Part shown: positions 16,562 through 24,779 of the stretch, in pieces
Layout: every line of letters begins with the position of its first letter
How positions within the stretch are numbered: the first letter of the stretch is position 1
Assembly: GCA_021828665.1 (NCBI GenBank)
Contig: JAJZDH010000002.1
Coordinates: 1-41,690, forward strand
Length of the DNA: 41,690 nt
Direction of reading: 5' to 3'
From: Thermoplasmata archaeon
Lineage (GTDB): Archaea; Thermoplasmatota; Thermoplasmata; Lutacidiplasmatales; UBA184
Translations under genes and position numbers: made by a program
The notes under the pieces: generated by a model
Database searches by the model: none
What the model saw: the letters and a program-made list of their open reading frames with translations, nothing else
What the model was told of the DNA's origin: nothing

Positions 16562-17833
16562 GTGACCCGGGCCCGCCCCAGCCTTGCGGATCATCTGGTG
16601 GCGCACGGGATCTCCGAGCCGGCGGCCCGGATCTATCTGGCCGCGAGCCGCGGGGGGACGATGACCGCCTCGGAACTGGCCCGAGCCACGGCGATCCACC
16701 GGGTCCACGGGTACCGGCACCTGCGCGAGCTCGTCCAGGCCGGCCTGCTCCGCCAGATCGGCTCCCGCCCGATGCGGTTCGCCCCCCTTCCCGCGGAGGA
16801 GCTCATGGACCGGTGGATCTCCGAGGCGGCCGCGGAGGTGGACCGGCTGCGGCGGGATCGGCCGCTGCTCCTCGAGGAGGTGGAGGACCCGAGACCGATC
16901 CCGGGAGGTTCCGACGGGCGGCGGTTCAACGTCGTGGAGGGCCAGGCGGCGATCCACGCCTTCCTGCGGAGAAGGTTCGGCACCGCCCGCCACGAGATCT
17001 GGGTGGCCGTGGGCGGGTTCGCCCTCGCCCGCGCGGTCGACGGCGGCCTCGACCGGGTCCTCCGGGAGGCCCGCGAGCGCGGGGTCCGGGTGCGGGTGGT
17101 CACGGAGGCCGGCCCCTCCAATCTCCCCGAAGTCAAGCTCTTCGGCCACGCCGTGGAACTGCGGCTCTCCCGCCGTCCGGTGACGAGCCGGGCGATCCTC
17201 ATCGATCGCGCCGAGGTGGCCCTCTTCGTGTCGGGCGAGGAAGGGTTCGGAGCGGCGGGCGACGCCCAGGTGCTCCTGCACACCACCGATCCCCGCTTCC
17301 TCTCCCTCACCCGGGAATACCAGCTCCGCCTGTGGGGTCATGCCGTGCCCGCGGCCCGCCGGATCGCGGAGATCGAGGGGGCCCCGGAGGGGCTCCTCCC
17401 CGTGGCCCAGGAGCAGATGTCGGAGACCTTCCAGCGCCTGCGGGAGATCACCGAGCTCGGGATGGCCGCCACCGGCCTCAAGGAGATCTCCATCGACCTG
17501 CCGAACCTCATCGGAGAGGTCGCGAAGCAGCTGGGGCGCCAGATCGGCGAGGAGATCGAAGGGCGCACCGCCCCCGAGGTCGGCCGGTCCCTGGTCGAAT
17601 TCTACGCCCGGCGGGGCGGCGGGAAGATGCAGGTGGTCCGCGAGGCGCCGCTCACCCTCAAGATCACCGGCTGCTTCGCGTGCAAGGCCTCCCCGGAGAT
17701 CGGCCGGGTGCTCTGCTCGCGCCTCCTCGCCGCGGCGATGGAACGGCGCACGGGAGCCTCCTGGGATGTCTCGGAACCCGACCCGACCCGCCATGCCGCG
17801 CGCGGGTGCCTCTTCTCGGTGACCTCGGGGTGA
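16562..17833 (+). CDS. TrmB-family transcriptional regulator with a central TrmB/PLD-like domain and a C-terminal V4R-like Cys motif
   Basis: 423 aa with a GTG start. Winged-helix region: GISEPAARIYLAASRGGTMTASELARATAIHRVHGYRHLRELVQAGLL. The C-terminus, ITGCFACKASPEIGRVLCSRLLAAAMERRTG (C-x2-C-x10-C), resembles V4R domains. A TTATTC box (16534-16539) lies 22 nt before the GTG. Confidence 0.8.
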   Translation: MTRARPSLADHLVAHGISEPAARIYLAASRGGTMTASELARATAIHRVHGYRHLRELVQAGLLRQIGSRPMRFAPLPAEELMDRWISEAAAEVDRLRRDRPLLLEEVEDPRPIPGGSDGRRFNVVEGQAAIHAFLRRRFGTARHEIWVAVGGFALARAVDGGLDRVLREARERGVRVRVVTEAGPSNLPEVKLFGHAVELRLSRRPVTSRAILIDRAEVALFVSGEEGFGAAGDAQVLLHTTDPRFLSLTREYQLRLWGHAVPAARRIAEIEGAPEGLLPVAQEQMSETFQRLREITELGMAATGLKEISIDLPNLIGEVAKQLGRQIGEEIEGRTAPEVGRSLVEFYARRGGGKMQVVREAPLTLKITGCFACKASPEIGRVLCSRLLAAAMERRTGASWDVSEPDPTRHAARGCLFSVTSG

Positions 17834-18239
17834 GAGGCGGCCCGGAGGATCCGGGCGGGCCGGCCGGCCCGGGGAGGCGGCGGGACCCCGTTGGCGGCCG
17901 CCGGGTCGATGGTTCGCGGCCCGTAACGGCCCCCGGCGGCACCATGGGAGGAGGAACGGGCCGGCGCCGCCGCCCATGGACCGACCACCGGCATCGACGC
18001 GACCGGGAACCCCGGGACCCGCCGGTAGCGGAAGACCGATGCTCCGCCTCCCCGGAGGGGTAGACCGGGCGCGCTCCGACCCGGTCGCGGCGCCGACCGA
18101 GGTTGGCGGGGACCGGGAGCTGCCGCCTCCCCGCCCGGAGGGCTCCGCTGCGGCTCTCCATCGCACCGGCCACCCCGATCCCCCATGGAGGGGCTCCCAC
18201 GAGACCGATCGGGCTCCTTCGGACCGTTCCCCATCTCGG

Positions 18240-18315
18240 GCTACGCTGTAGCGGCGCTTCCCGATGCCATGCTAGTCGGTCACATAGTGTAGCTTCTGTG
18301 CGTACATGAGCTACA
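18240..18315. promoter_or_regulatory. Two inverted repeats built from GCTAC/GTAGC half-sites upstream of the tfb TATA box
   Basis: GCTAC-GCT-GTAGC occupies 18240-18252. TGTAGCT (18288-18294) pairs with AGCTACA (18309-18315) across a 14-nt spacer. This patch is locally lower in GC. Confidence 0.3.
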
Positions 18316-18328
18316 TGTTACGGCTCAA

Positions 18329-18339
18329 GATATAAATAG
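18329..18339 (+). promoter_or_regulatory. Canonical TATA box (GATATAAATAG) of tfb
   Basis: TATAAATA at 18331-18338 lies 31 nt before the ATG at 18370. A GAGG at 18360-18363 could serve as an SD. Confidence 0.65.
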
Positions 18340-18369
18340 CCCGAACCCATAGAGTCGCTGAGGAAAAAG

Positions 18370-19428
18370 ATGGCGCGCACCCATTCCTTCGCCCCCAAAG
18401 TGGACGCTTCCCCCCGTGACCAAGTCCCGACCGAGGATGCCTGCCCGGAGTGCGGATCGACCCACCTGACCCGCGACGAGGTCCGGGGAGAGATCGTCTG
18501 CGCCGACTGCGGGCTCGTGGTGGATGCGAGCGCGCTCGTCTCCGACCGGGGGCAGCGGGGCAGCAAGGAGGACACGGGCCGGGAGGCCCGGGGCTGGGGC
18601 CCGGTCATCTCGCCGCTGATGCCGGACAAGGGGCTCTTCAGCGAGATCGGCGTCCCGACGCGCGATTTCCAGGGGAACTCGCTCTCCCGGAACACCTCGC
18701 TCAAGTTCTACCATCTGCGCAAGCTCAACCACCGCCTGCGGGCGGCCCGCACGCACCAGCGCAACCTCGTGGTCGCGCTCGGGGAGCTCAACCGCCTCGC
18801 CGGCGTCCTGGGCCTCTCCCGGGAGGTCAAGGAGTCGGCGACCTACATCTACCGCCGGGCGCTGGAGCACAAGGCCACCCGGGGCAAGAAGATCGTCGCC
18901 CTGGTCGCCGCCAGCGTCTACGCGGCGTGCCGCCAGTGCCACGTGCCCCGGACGATGAAGGAGATCATCGCCCACTCCAAGGCCACGAAGATCGAGGTGG
19001 GGCGCGCCTACACGCTGCTCGCCCGGGAACTCAAGCTGGGACTGAAGCCGGTCGAGCCCCGCGACTACCTGGTCCGGTTCACCCAGGACCTCAATCTCTC
19101 GAAGGAGGTCCGGGCCAAGGTGCTCGGTCTCCTCGAGCAGGTCGAGCAGGTGTATTCGACGAGCGGGGTCCTGCCGAACGGGATCCTGGCCACGATCATC
19201 TACATCGCGTCGAACCTCATGGGCGAACCCCGCAGCCAGGACCGGATCGCGGCCGTGGCGAATGTGACCCCGGTCACCATCCGGAACCACTACAAGGAGC
19301 TCCTCGACCTCCTCGGGCTTCCGAAGAATCTCGCGAACCCGCAGGCCCGCAGCCCGATGCCGGTGCCGCTCGCCCGGCCGGGGAACCCCCAGAAGCTCGA
19401 AGAACCGGTGCTCGCGACCGGACCGTAG
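18370..19428 (+). CDS. tfb: Transcription initiation factor IIB (TFB)
   Basis: 352 aa. Zn ribbon: CPECGSTHLTRDEVRGEIVCADCG. Two cyclin-like repeats follow (ESATYIYRRALE...GKKIVALVAASVYAACRQ and NGILATIIYIASNLMGEPRSQ...VTPVTIRNHYKEL). Confidence 0.93.
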   Translation: MARTHSFAPKVDASPRDQVPTEDACPECGSTHLTRDEVRGEIVCADCGLVVDASALVSDRGQRGSKEDTGREARGWGPVISPLMPDKGLFSEIGVPTRDFQGNSLSRNTSLKFYHLRKLNHRLRAARTHQRNLVVALGELNRLAGVLGLSREVKESATYIYRRALEHKATRGKKIVALVAASVYAACRQCHVPRTMKEIIAHSKATKIEVGRAYTLLARELKLGLKPVEPRDYLVRFTQDLNLSKEVRAKVLGLLEQVEQVYSTSGVLPNGILATIIYIASNLMGEPRSQDRIAAVANVTPVTIRNHYKELLDLLGLPKNLANPQARSPMPVPLARPGNPQKLEEPVLATGP

Positions 19429-19531
19429 GGCCGGGGAACGCCGTCCGCCGCGGGGGCGGTGCGCCCGCCCCCGGGGGTCCGCTTCCGCCGCGCGGCTCCC
19501 CGTTATGTGAGGGGATGGATTCGAGCGGGCC

Positions 19532-20758
19532 GTGGCGGCGGTTCCGGTCCTGAGCTACTCGGGGGTGCGGAGCTACCTCGAGTGCCCGCTCCGCTGGAAG
19601 TTCCTGTACATCGACCGTTTGCCCGAGGCGCCCCGGGGGTACTTCTCCTTCGGGCGGACGCTCCATTCGGTCCTCGAGGAGCTCGCCCGCCCGCTGGTCA
19701 TCCCTTTCCCCCGGAGGAAGGGCGACGCCACGCTGCAGCACACCCTGGACCACTTCGCCGGCGCCCCGGGCGCCGCCGGGGCCCCCCGCGGCGGCGTCTC
19801 CCCGATGGACCGCGAGGCGGTGCGCGCCGCCTACGCCCGCCTCTGGGTCTCCGAGGGGTACCCGACCAAGGAGGAGGAGGTGCGGTACCGGGTCCTCGGC
19901 GAGGAGATCCTGCTCCGGTTCTACGATGCCTTCGTGGCGACCCCGCCGCAGCCGGTCGCCGTGGAGGAGCACCTCGAGGCCCAATGGGACGGGATCCCGA
20001 TCCACGGATACGTCGACCGGATCGACCGCTCCCCGACCGGCGGCCTCGAGATCCTGGACTACAAGACGACGCGGAACCTGACCCGGGCGGACGCCGTCGG
20101 CTCCGACCAGCTCTCGTTCTACCAGGCCCTGGTGGAGAAGAACTACCCGGCGCCCGTGGAGTCGCTCGCGCTCTTCGATCTCCGCGGGGGCTCCGAGCTC
20201 CGCGTACCCCGCCGCAGCCCGCGGGAACTCGCGATGCTGCAGGACCGGGTGGGGAAGGTCGCCGACGGGATCGCGTCCGAGGCGTTCCATCCGACTCCGG
20301 GCCGCCAGTGCGGGCGGTGCGAGTTCCGCCCGCTCTGCCCGGAGTTCCGGGAGGTTCCGGCCGAGGAGAGGGCCCGGTTGGGGGGCCTCGTGGACCGGTT
20401 CCAGGAGCTCCGGGAGGAGGAGCGGCGGCTGGACCGGGACCTTCGGAGCACCGCGGAGGAGCTCCACCGGCAGGCCGAACGGCTGGGGGTCTATCGGGTC
20501 CCCGGCTCCCGGACGGTGGCGCACCGCCAGCGGGAGACCCGCCGGAGCTACCCCGCGGAACAGCTCCGCCCGATCCTGGAGGCCGAGCACCTGCTCGACC
20601 GGGTCAGTGCGCCCGATCCGGGGCTCGTGGAGCGGCTGGCGGGCGATCCCTCGGTCAGCCGCGCGGTGCGCCGGAAGATCTCGGCGGCGGGCACCCGGTC
20701 CGAGGCGTGGTATTGGGATCTCGAGGACGGCCCCCCGGCCTCCCCGCGCAACGGCTAA
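19532..20758 (+). CDS. PD-(D/E)XK nuclease, Cas4/AddB-like with a 4-Cys Fe-S cluster motif and an uncharacterised 138-aa C-terminal extension
   Basis: 408 aa with a GTG start. Cysteines: C18 (YLECPLRW) plus C260-x2-C263-x5-C269 (QCGRCEFRPLC). Nuclease motifs: GYVDRID, LEILDYKT, QLSFYQ. A TTATGT box (19503-19508) lies 23 nt before the GTG. Confidence 0.8.
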   Translation: MAAVPVLSYSGVRSYLECPLRWKFLYIDRLPEAPRGYFSFGRTLHSVLEELARPLVIPFPRRKGDATLQHTLDHFAGAPGAAGAPRGGVSPMDREAVRAAYARLWVSEGYPTKEEEVRYRVLGEEILLRFYDAFVATPPQPVAVEEHLEAQWDGIPIHGYVDRIDRSPTGGLEILDYKTTRNLTRADAVGSDQLSFYQALVEKNYPAPVESLALFDLRGGSELRVPRRSPRELAMLQDRVGKVADGIASEAFHPTPGRQCGRCEFRPLCPEFREVPAEERARLGGLVDRFQELREEERRLDRDLRSTAEELHRQAERLGVYRVPGSRTVAHRQRETRRSYPAEQLRPILEAEHLLDRVSAPDPGLVERLAGDPSVSRAVRRKISAAGTRSEAWYWDLEDGPPASPRNG

Positions 20759-20782
20759 ATCCCGATGGGGGTGGACCCAGTA

Positions 20783-21850
20783 ATGGGGATCCTCCTCGCC
20801 TCCGAAGAGCGCGTCCGTCCGCTCACCGAAGGGCCGATCACCGTGGCCACCCTCTGCTCGCACTCCTCCCTCCAGATCTTCCACGGCGTCAAGGCGGAAG
20901 GGCTGCCGACCCTGGGGATCGCCCGCGGGGCCCCGCCCCGGTACTACCAGGCGTTCCCGCTCGCCTGTCCCGAGGAGTTCCTGTCGGTGCCGACGCTGGC
21001 CGAGATCGGCACCCTCCTGCCCCGTCTCAAGGAGACCCACTCCGTCCTCGTCCCCCACGGCTCCTTCGTCGAATACCTCGGGGCCACGGAGTTCGCGGCG
21101 CTCGACGTCCCCGTCTTCGGGAACCGCAATGTCCTCGCGTGGGAGTCGGACCGCCGCAAGGAGCGCGAATGGCTGGACGGGGCCGGCGTGCCGATGCCGC
21201 GGCGGTACGAGGAGATCGACGAGGTCGACGGTCCGGTCATCGTGAAGTACTACGGGGCGAAAGGCGGCAAGGGGTTCGTCCTCGCCAAGAACCGGCTGGC
21301 GCTCAAGGACTTCCACCCCACCGGCCCCTACGTCATCCAGGAGTACGTGCTGGGGACCCGCTACTACGTCCACTTCTTCTACAGCCCGCTGTCGGAGACC
21401 GGCTACCGGGTCGGGTCGGGATCGCTCGAACTGCTCGGGATGGACCGGCGGGACGAGGCCAACATCGATGAGCTGTACAAGCTCGGGGCCCAGGAGGAGA
21501 TCCTGCGGGCGGGCATCCGGCCCACGTTCGTGGTCACGGGGAACGTCCCCGTCGTCCTCCGGGAGTCGCTCCTGCCGCAGGTCTTCGACATCGGGGCCCG
21601 GATCGTCGAGCGCTCGCTGGAGCTCTTCGGCGGGATGGTCGGGCCGTTCTGCGTGGAGGGGATCGTGACCGAGGAGCTCGAGTTCAAGGTCTTCGAGATC
21701 TCGAGCCGGATCGTGGCCGGGACGAACCTGTTCCCGTCCGGTTCGGCCTACTCCGACATGGTCGCCCCCCGGCTCTCCATGGGACGCCGGATCGCCCTCG
21801 AGCTCAAGGCGGCCCAGCGGACCGGCCGCCTCCGCGAAGTTCTGAGCTAG
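20783..21850 (+). CDS. purP: 5-formaminoimidazole-4-carboxamide ribonucleotide (FAICAR) synthetase, archaeal PurP
   Basis: Track ORF 20765..21850; the ATG at 20783 (MGILLASEE...) lies 22 nt after the A/T box CTAAAT (20755-20760). The ATP-grasp-like sequence is typical of PurP: TLCSHSSLQIFHGVKAEG, VIVKYYGAKGGKGF, IQEYVLGTRYYVHFFYSPL, FCVEGIVTEELEFKVFEISSRIVAGTN. Confidence 0.88.
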   Translation: MGILLASEERVRPLTEGPITVATLCSHSSLQIFHGVKAEGLPTLGIARGAPPRYYQAFPLACPEEFLSVPTLAEIGTLLPRLKETHSVLVPHGSFVEYLGATEFAALDVPVFGNRNVLAWESDRRKEREWLDGAGVPMPRRYEEIDEVDGPVIVKYYGAKGGKGFVLAKNRLALKDFHPTGPYVIQEYVLGTRYYVHFFYSPLSETGYRVGSGSLELLGMDRRDEANIDELYKLGAQEEILRAGIRPTFVVTGNVPVVLRESLLPQVFDIGARIVERSLELFGGMVGPFCVEGIVTEELEFKVFEISSRIVAGTNLFPSGSAYSDMVAPRLSMGRRIALELKAAQRTGRLREVLS

Positions 21851-22261
21851 CGGGGGGTTGCGGACGGAGGCGACCGCCTCCCTCCGGGCGGAGGATCGGC
21901 CATCGGTTCCCACCCGAACCGTGGTCGGTTCCCCCTTCCCGTTTCGTGGGATCGCCACCGCGCCCGGCATCCCGATCCACGTGGCGTGGCGGCGCCCGCG
22001 CCCCTCGAGACCTCTCTGTCCTCCGCGACCGCCCGGAGGAGCCCGGGCCCGCGGGGGAAGCTCCCCCGGAGGAGCGCCGGCGGCGGAGATGACCCGGTAG
22101 CGGGCTCGGACCTTCCCCGGGAGGGGGATCGATCGTCGGGGGGTCCCGCCGGCCTCCTCGGGGGGACGGGATGGATCGCCGGCCGCCCCGCGCGGCGGCC
22201 CCCCCGGCGGAGGCGGCCTCCCCTCCCTTCCCGTTAAGTCCCGCCGCTCCTCGGCGGGATC

Positions 22262-23203
22262 GTGGAGGAGGCGATCCGCGCCCGGGGCGTCACCCGGACC
22301 TACCGGTCGAAGGGCCGCGAAACGGTGGCGCTCGCCGGGATCGACCTCACGGTCCCGGCGGGGGCGACCTACGGCCTCATCGGCCGGAACGGAGCCGGCA
22401 AGACCACGTTCATCCGGATCGCCTCCACCCAGCTCCTTCCCACGTCGGGCTCCGTCGCCGTGCTGGGCCACGACGCGGTGGCCGATCCCCGCTCCGTGCG
22501 GAACCGGATCGCCGTGATCCCCCAGGAATCCCGCCCCCTGTATTTCCTGAACGTCTACGAGCTGGTCTACCTGTACCTCAAGCTCCGGGGGATGCCCGGG
22601 ACCGAGGCCCGCCGCCGGACCGAGGCGGTGCTCGTCGAGCTCAGCCTCGACTCGCGCCGGAAGACGCTCGTGAGCCACCTGAGCGGCGGGATGCGGCGGC
22701 GCGCCATGGTGGCGATGGTGCTCGCTTCCGATGCGGAGGTGCTCTTCCTCGACGAGCCGACCACCGGCCTCGATCCGGTGGCCCGCCGGGAGGTCTGGAG
22801 CGCCATCGAGCGGGCGATCCGGGACCGCCGCACCGTCCTGTTGACGACGCATTACCTCGACGAGGCCGAGGCGCTGAGCTCCCGGCTGGCACTCATCGAG
22901 GGAGGCCGGGTGCTCCTCGAGGGGACGCCGGCCGAGATCCGCTCCCGCATCCCCCGGCCGTTCCGCGTCTCGGTCCAGGGGCGGGTGACCCGGGAGGAGC
23001 TCCTCCCCTACGGGGAGGTGGCCGAGGTCCGCGGCGGCCACCTGGTCTTTGCGCGCGAGGAGGAGGCCCGGGAGCTCACCCGGCTCGCGCTCGCGAAGGG
23101 GTTCCCGGTCTCGATGGCCCCCGCCTCCCTCGAGGACGTCTTCCTCCAGCTGGTCGGCCGCCCCATCGGGGAAGACGACCCCGAGGAGGAGGGGACGGCA
23201 TGA
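22262..23203 (+). CDS. ABC transporter ATP-binding protein (ABC-2/DrrA-like)
   Basis: 313 aa with a GTG start. Walker A: GRNGAGKTT. Signature: LSGGMRRR. Walker B: VLFLDEPTTGLD. A TTAAGT box (22234-22239) lies 22 nt before the GTG. Confidence 0.9.
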   Translation: MEEAIRARGVTRTYRSKGRETVALAGIDLTVPAGATYGLIGRNGAGKTTFIRIASTQLLPTSGSVAVLGHDAVADPRSVRNRIAVIPQESRPLYFLNVYELVYLYLKLRGMPGTEARRRTEAVLVELSLDSRRKTLVSHLSGGMRRRAMVAMVLASDAEVLFLDEPTTGLDPVARREVWSAIERAIRDRRTVLLTTHYLDEAEALSSRLALIEGGRVLLEGTPAEIRSRIPRPFRVSVQGRVTREELLPYGEVAEVRGGHLVFAREEEARELTRLALAKGFPVSMAPASLEDVFLQLVGRPIGEDDPEEEGTA

Positions 23204-23955
23204 CGGTGCGCCACCGGCTCCGCTCCCTCGCCACGCTCGCCTTCATGAACGGCGTGGTGCCGATGCGGACCCAGCCGCTCTATCTGCTCAACACCATCGC
23301 CTCGCCGCTCGCCTTCCTCTTCTTCATCGATGTGATCTCGCGGGGCGAGCTCATCCTGTACGGCATCGCGGGGGGGTTCGTCCTCACGATGCTCTCCATC
23401 GGCACCGGCCTCCAGACCGACATGACCCACTACAAGCAGGACCTGAAGTTCCAGGACCTCATCGTCGCCTCGCCCGTCGAGGCCCCCGTCTACGTCGCCG
23501 GCATGGCGCTCAGCGAGCTCGTCTACGCGCTGCCGGGCCTCCTGATCTTCCTCGTCCTGTGGATCGACCGCGCCGGGGCGCCCCCCCTCGGCGATGCCCT
23601 GACCGTTCTGGGGGTCCTCGTGATGGTCTGGGCCTTCGCGTCGGCCCTCGGGTTCACCCTCGCCACGTACTTCGAGGATATCCGGGAGACGTTCGTCTTC
23701 TCCCCGCTGATCTCCCTGGGGCTCTCGACGCTGCCTCCCGTCTACTACTCGGCCGGGATCCTGCCGGCGTGGGCCCAGCCGCTCGTCTATCTCTCGCCCA
23801 CGACCTACGCCGCCGATCTCCTGCACCGGGCGTTCGGCATCACCCAGCTCGGCCCGTATCTCCTTCCGGCCGGACTGGACTGGCTCGCCCTCGGCGCGTT
23901 CACGGTGGCGCTCTTCGTCTTGGCGGCGTGGAAGGCGCGATGGCGCGAGCCCTGA
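23200..23955 (+). CDS. ABC-2 type transporter permease
   Basis: 251 aa from the internal ATG of track ORF 22171..23955 (MTVRHRLRSLATLAFMNG...). I read about six hydrophobic segments. The start overlaps the ATPase stop (ATGA). Confidence 0.8.
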   Translation: MTVRHRLRSLATLAFMNGVVPMRTQPLYLLNTIASPLAFLFFIDVISRGELILYGIAGGFVLTMLSIGTGLQTDMTHYKQDLKFQDLIVASPVEAPVYVAGMALSELVYALPGLLIFLVLWIDRAGAPPLGDALTVLGVLVMVWAFASALGFTLATYFEDIRETFVFSPLISLGLSTLPPVYYSAGILPAWAQPLVYLSPTTYAADLLHRAFGITQLGPYLLPAGLDWLALGAFTVALFVLAAWKARWREP

Positions 23956-24286
23956 CCGGGCCGCCGGTCCCGCCCCTTCGGCGGTAGATCCCGGACCGTC
24001 CCGCGGAGCCGTTCGCCGATCCCTTCGCCGACCCCTACCACCTCCGACGGGACCGCTCCCCCGTCCGGGCCGGGGGCGACGTTCCCGCCGGGGGGCGCCG
24101 GCCGTCGTGGACCGCGCCCCGACGGGCCATCGTCGTCGGCATTCCGCCGGGGGCCCCGGCGGCCTCCCGACCCGTTCCGGAGCGCGGCCGCGGCCCGAGG
24201 ACGGGTCCCGATCGGACCGGAACGGCCCACGTCGCCCGGATCGTGACCAAGCACTTATGTACCGGGCCCCTGTCCTTCACCTCGCC

Positions 24287-24523
24287 ATGCTCTCGTTCTC
24301 GGACGGGCGCGCCTTTTCGACACCGGAAGAACGGTTCCAGCCGTGCCTGTACTGCGGCAAGGCGCTCGTCCTCCTGCCCGAGGATCGCCGGGGCGGGGCC
24401 TGCTTCGACTGCCTCTCCCTCCTCGGCCCCGAGCCGCGGCCATGCCCGGAGTGCGGAGTCGAGATCGCCCCGTCGCGACGGGCCGCGGGGTGCGTCGTCT
24501 GCGGCTGGTCTCCGTGGCGCTGA
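24287..24523 (+). CDS. Small double zinc-ribbon protein (four CxxC pairs)
   Basis: This is the C-terminal part of track ORF 24107..24523. Cys pairs: CLYC...CFDC...CPEC...CVVC. GC3 is high. The ATG at 24287 lies 26 nt after a TTATGT box (24255-24260); an alternative ATG is at 24257. Confidence 0.5.
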   Translation: MLSFSDGRAFSTPEERFQPCLYCGKALVLLPEDRRGGACFDCLSLLGPEPRPCPECGVEIAPSRRAAGCVVCGWSPWR

Positions 24524-24779
24524 GCGCCCCGGTGCGATAGGCCGTCGTCGCTCCCGGGCCCCGGTCGGCCCGTCCCCGACGAAGGGGGAGACCCGCCTCC
24601 CCGCAGGGGCCCCCCGGGGCCGTTCCGGCCGCGGGGGCGCCGTGACCGAAGCGTCGCGATCGGCGCCGGAATCCCCCCGGCGGCGCCCCGGACCGCCCCG
24701 TCGAGGTGGCCGGGCCCCCGCGGGACCTCGGCCCGCCCCCACCTCGGGCCGGCGGCCGACCGGCCGCTCGGGCCGCGCC

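Noticed and set aside
18230-18330. tRNA or C/D-box sRNA in the lower-GC patch upstream of tfb
   Set aside because: I found no T-loop (GTTCRANYC) or acceptor/D-arm pattern, and no RUGAUGA/CUGA box pairs. The inverted repeats are better read as operator-like sites.
8851-22102. Idea that the recurrent CCGGTAGCG word marks in-frame TAG (pyrrolysine-type) recoding in unrecognised genes
   Set aside because: TAG is used as an ordinary stop by several confident genes here (ACT paralog 2, the SBP gene, cysC, pheS, pheT, tfb). The surrounding spacers lack codon periodicity, and I saw no pyl genes or methyltransferase genes.
22240-22258. Hairpin CCCGCCG-CTCCT-CGGCGGG immediately before the ABC ATPase GTG, as a translational regulator
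   Set aside because: If the transcript is leaderless, as the TTAAGT spacing suggests, the hairpin lies upstream of the TSS and would not be in the mRNA. GC-only 7-bp stems are also frequent by chance in this composition.
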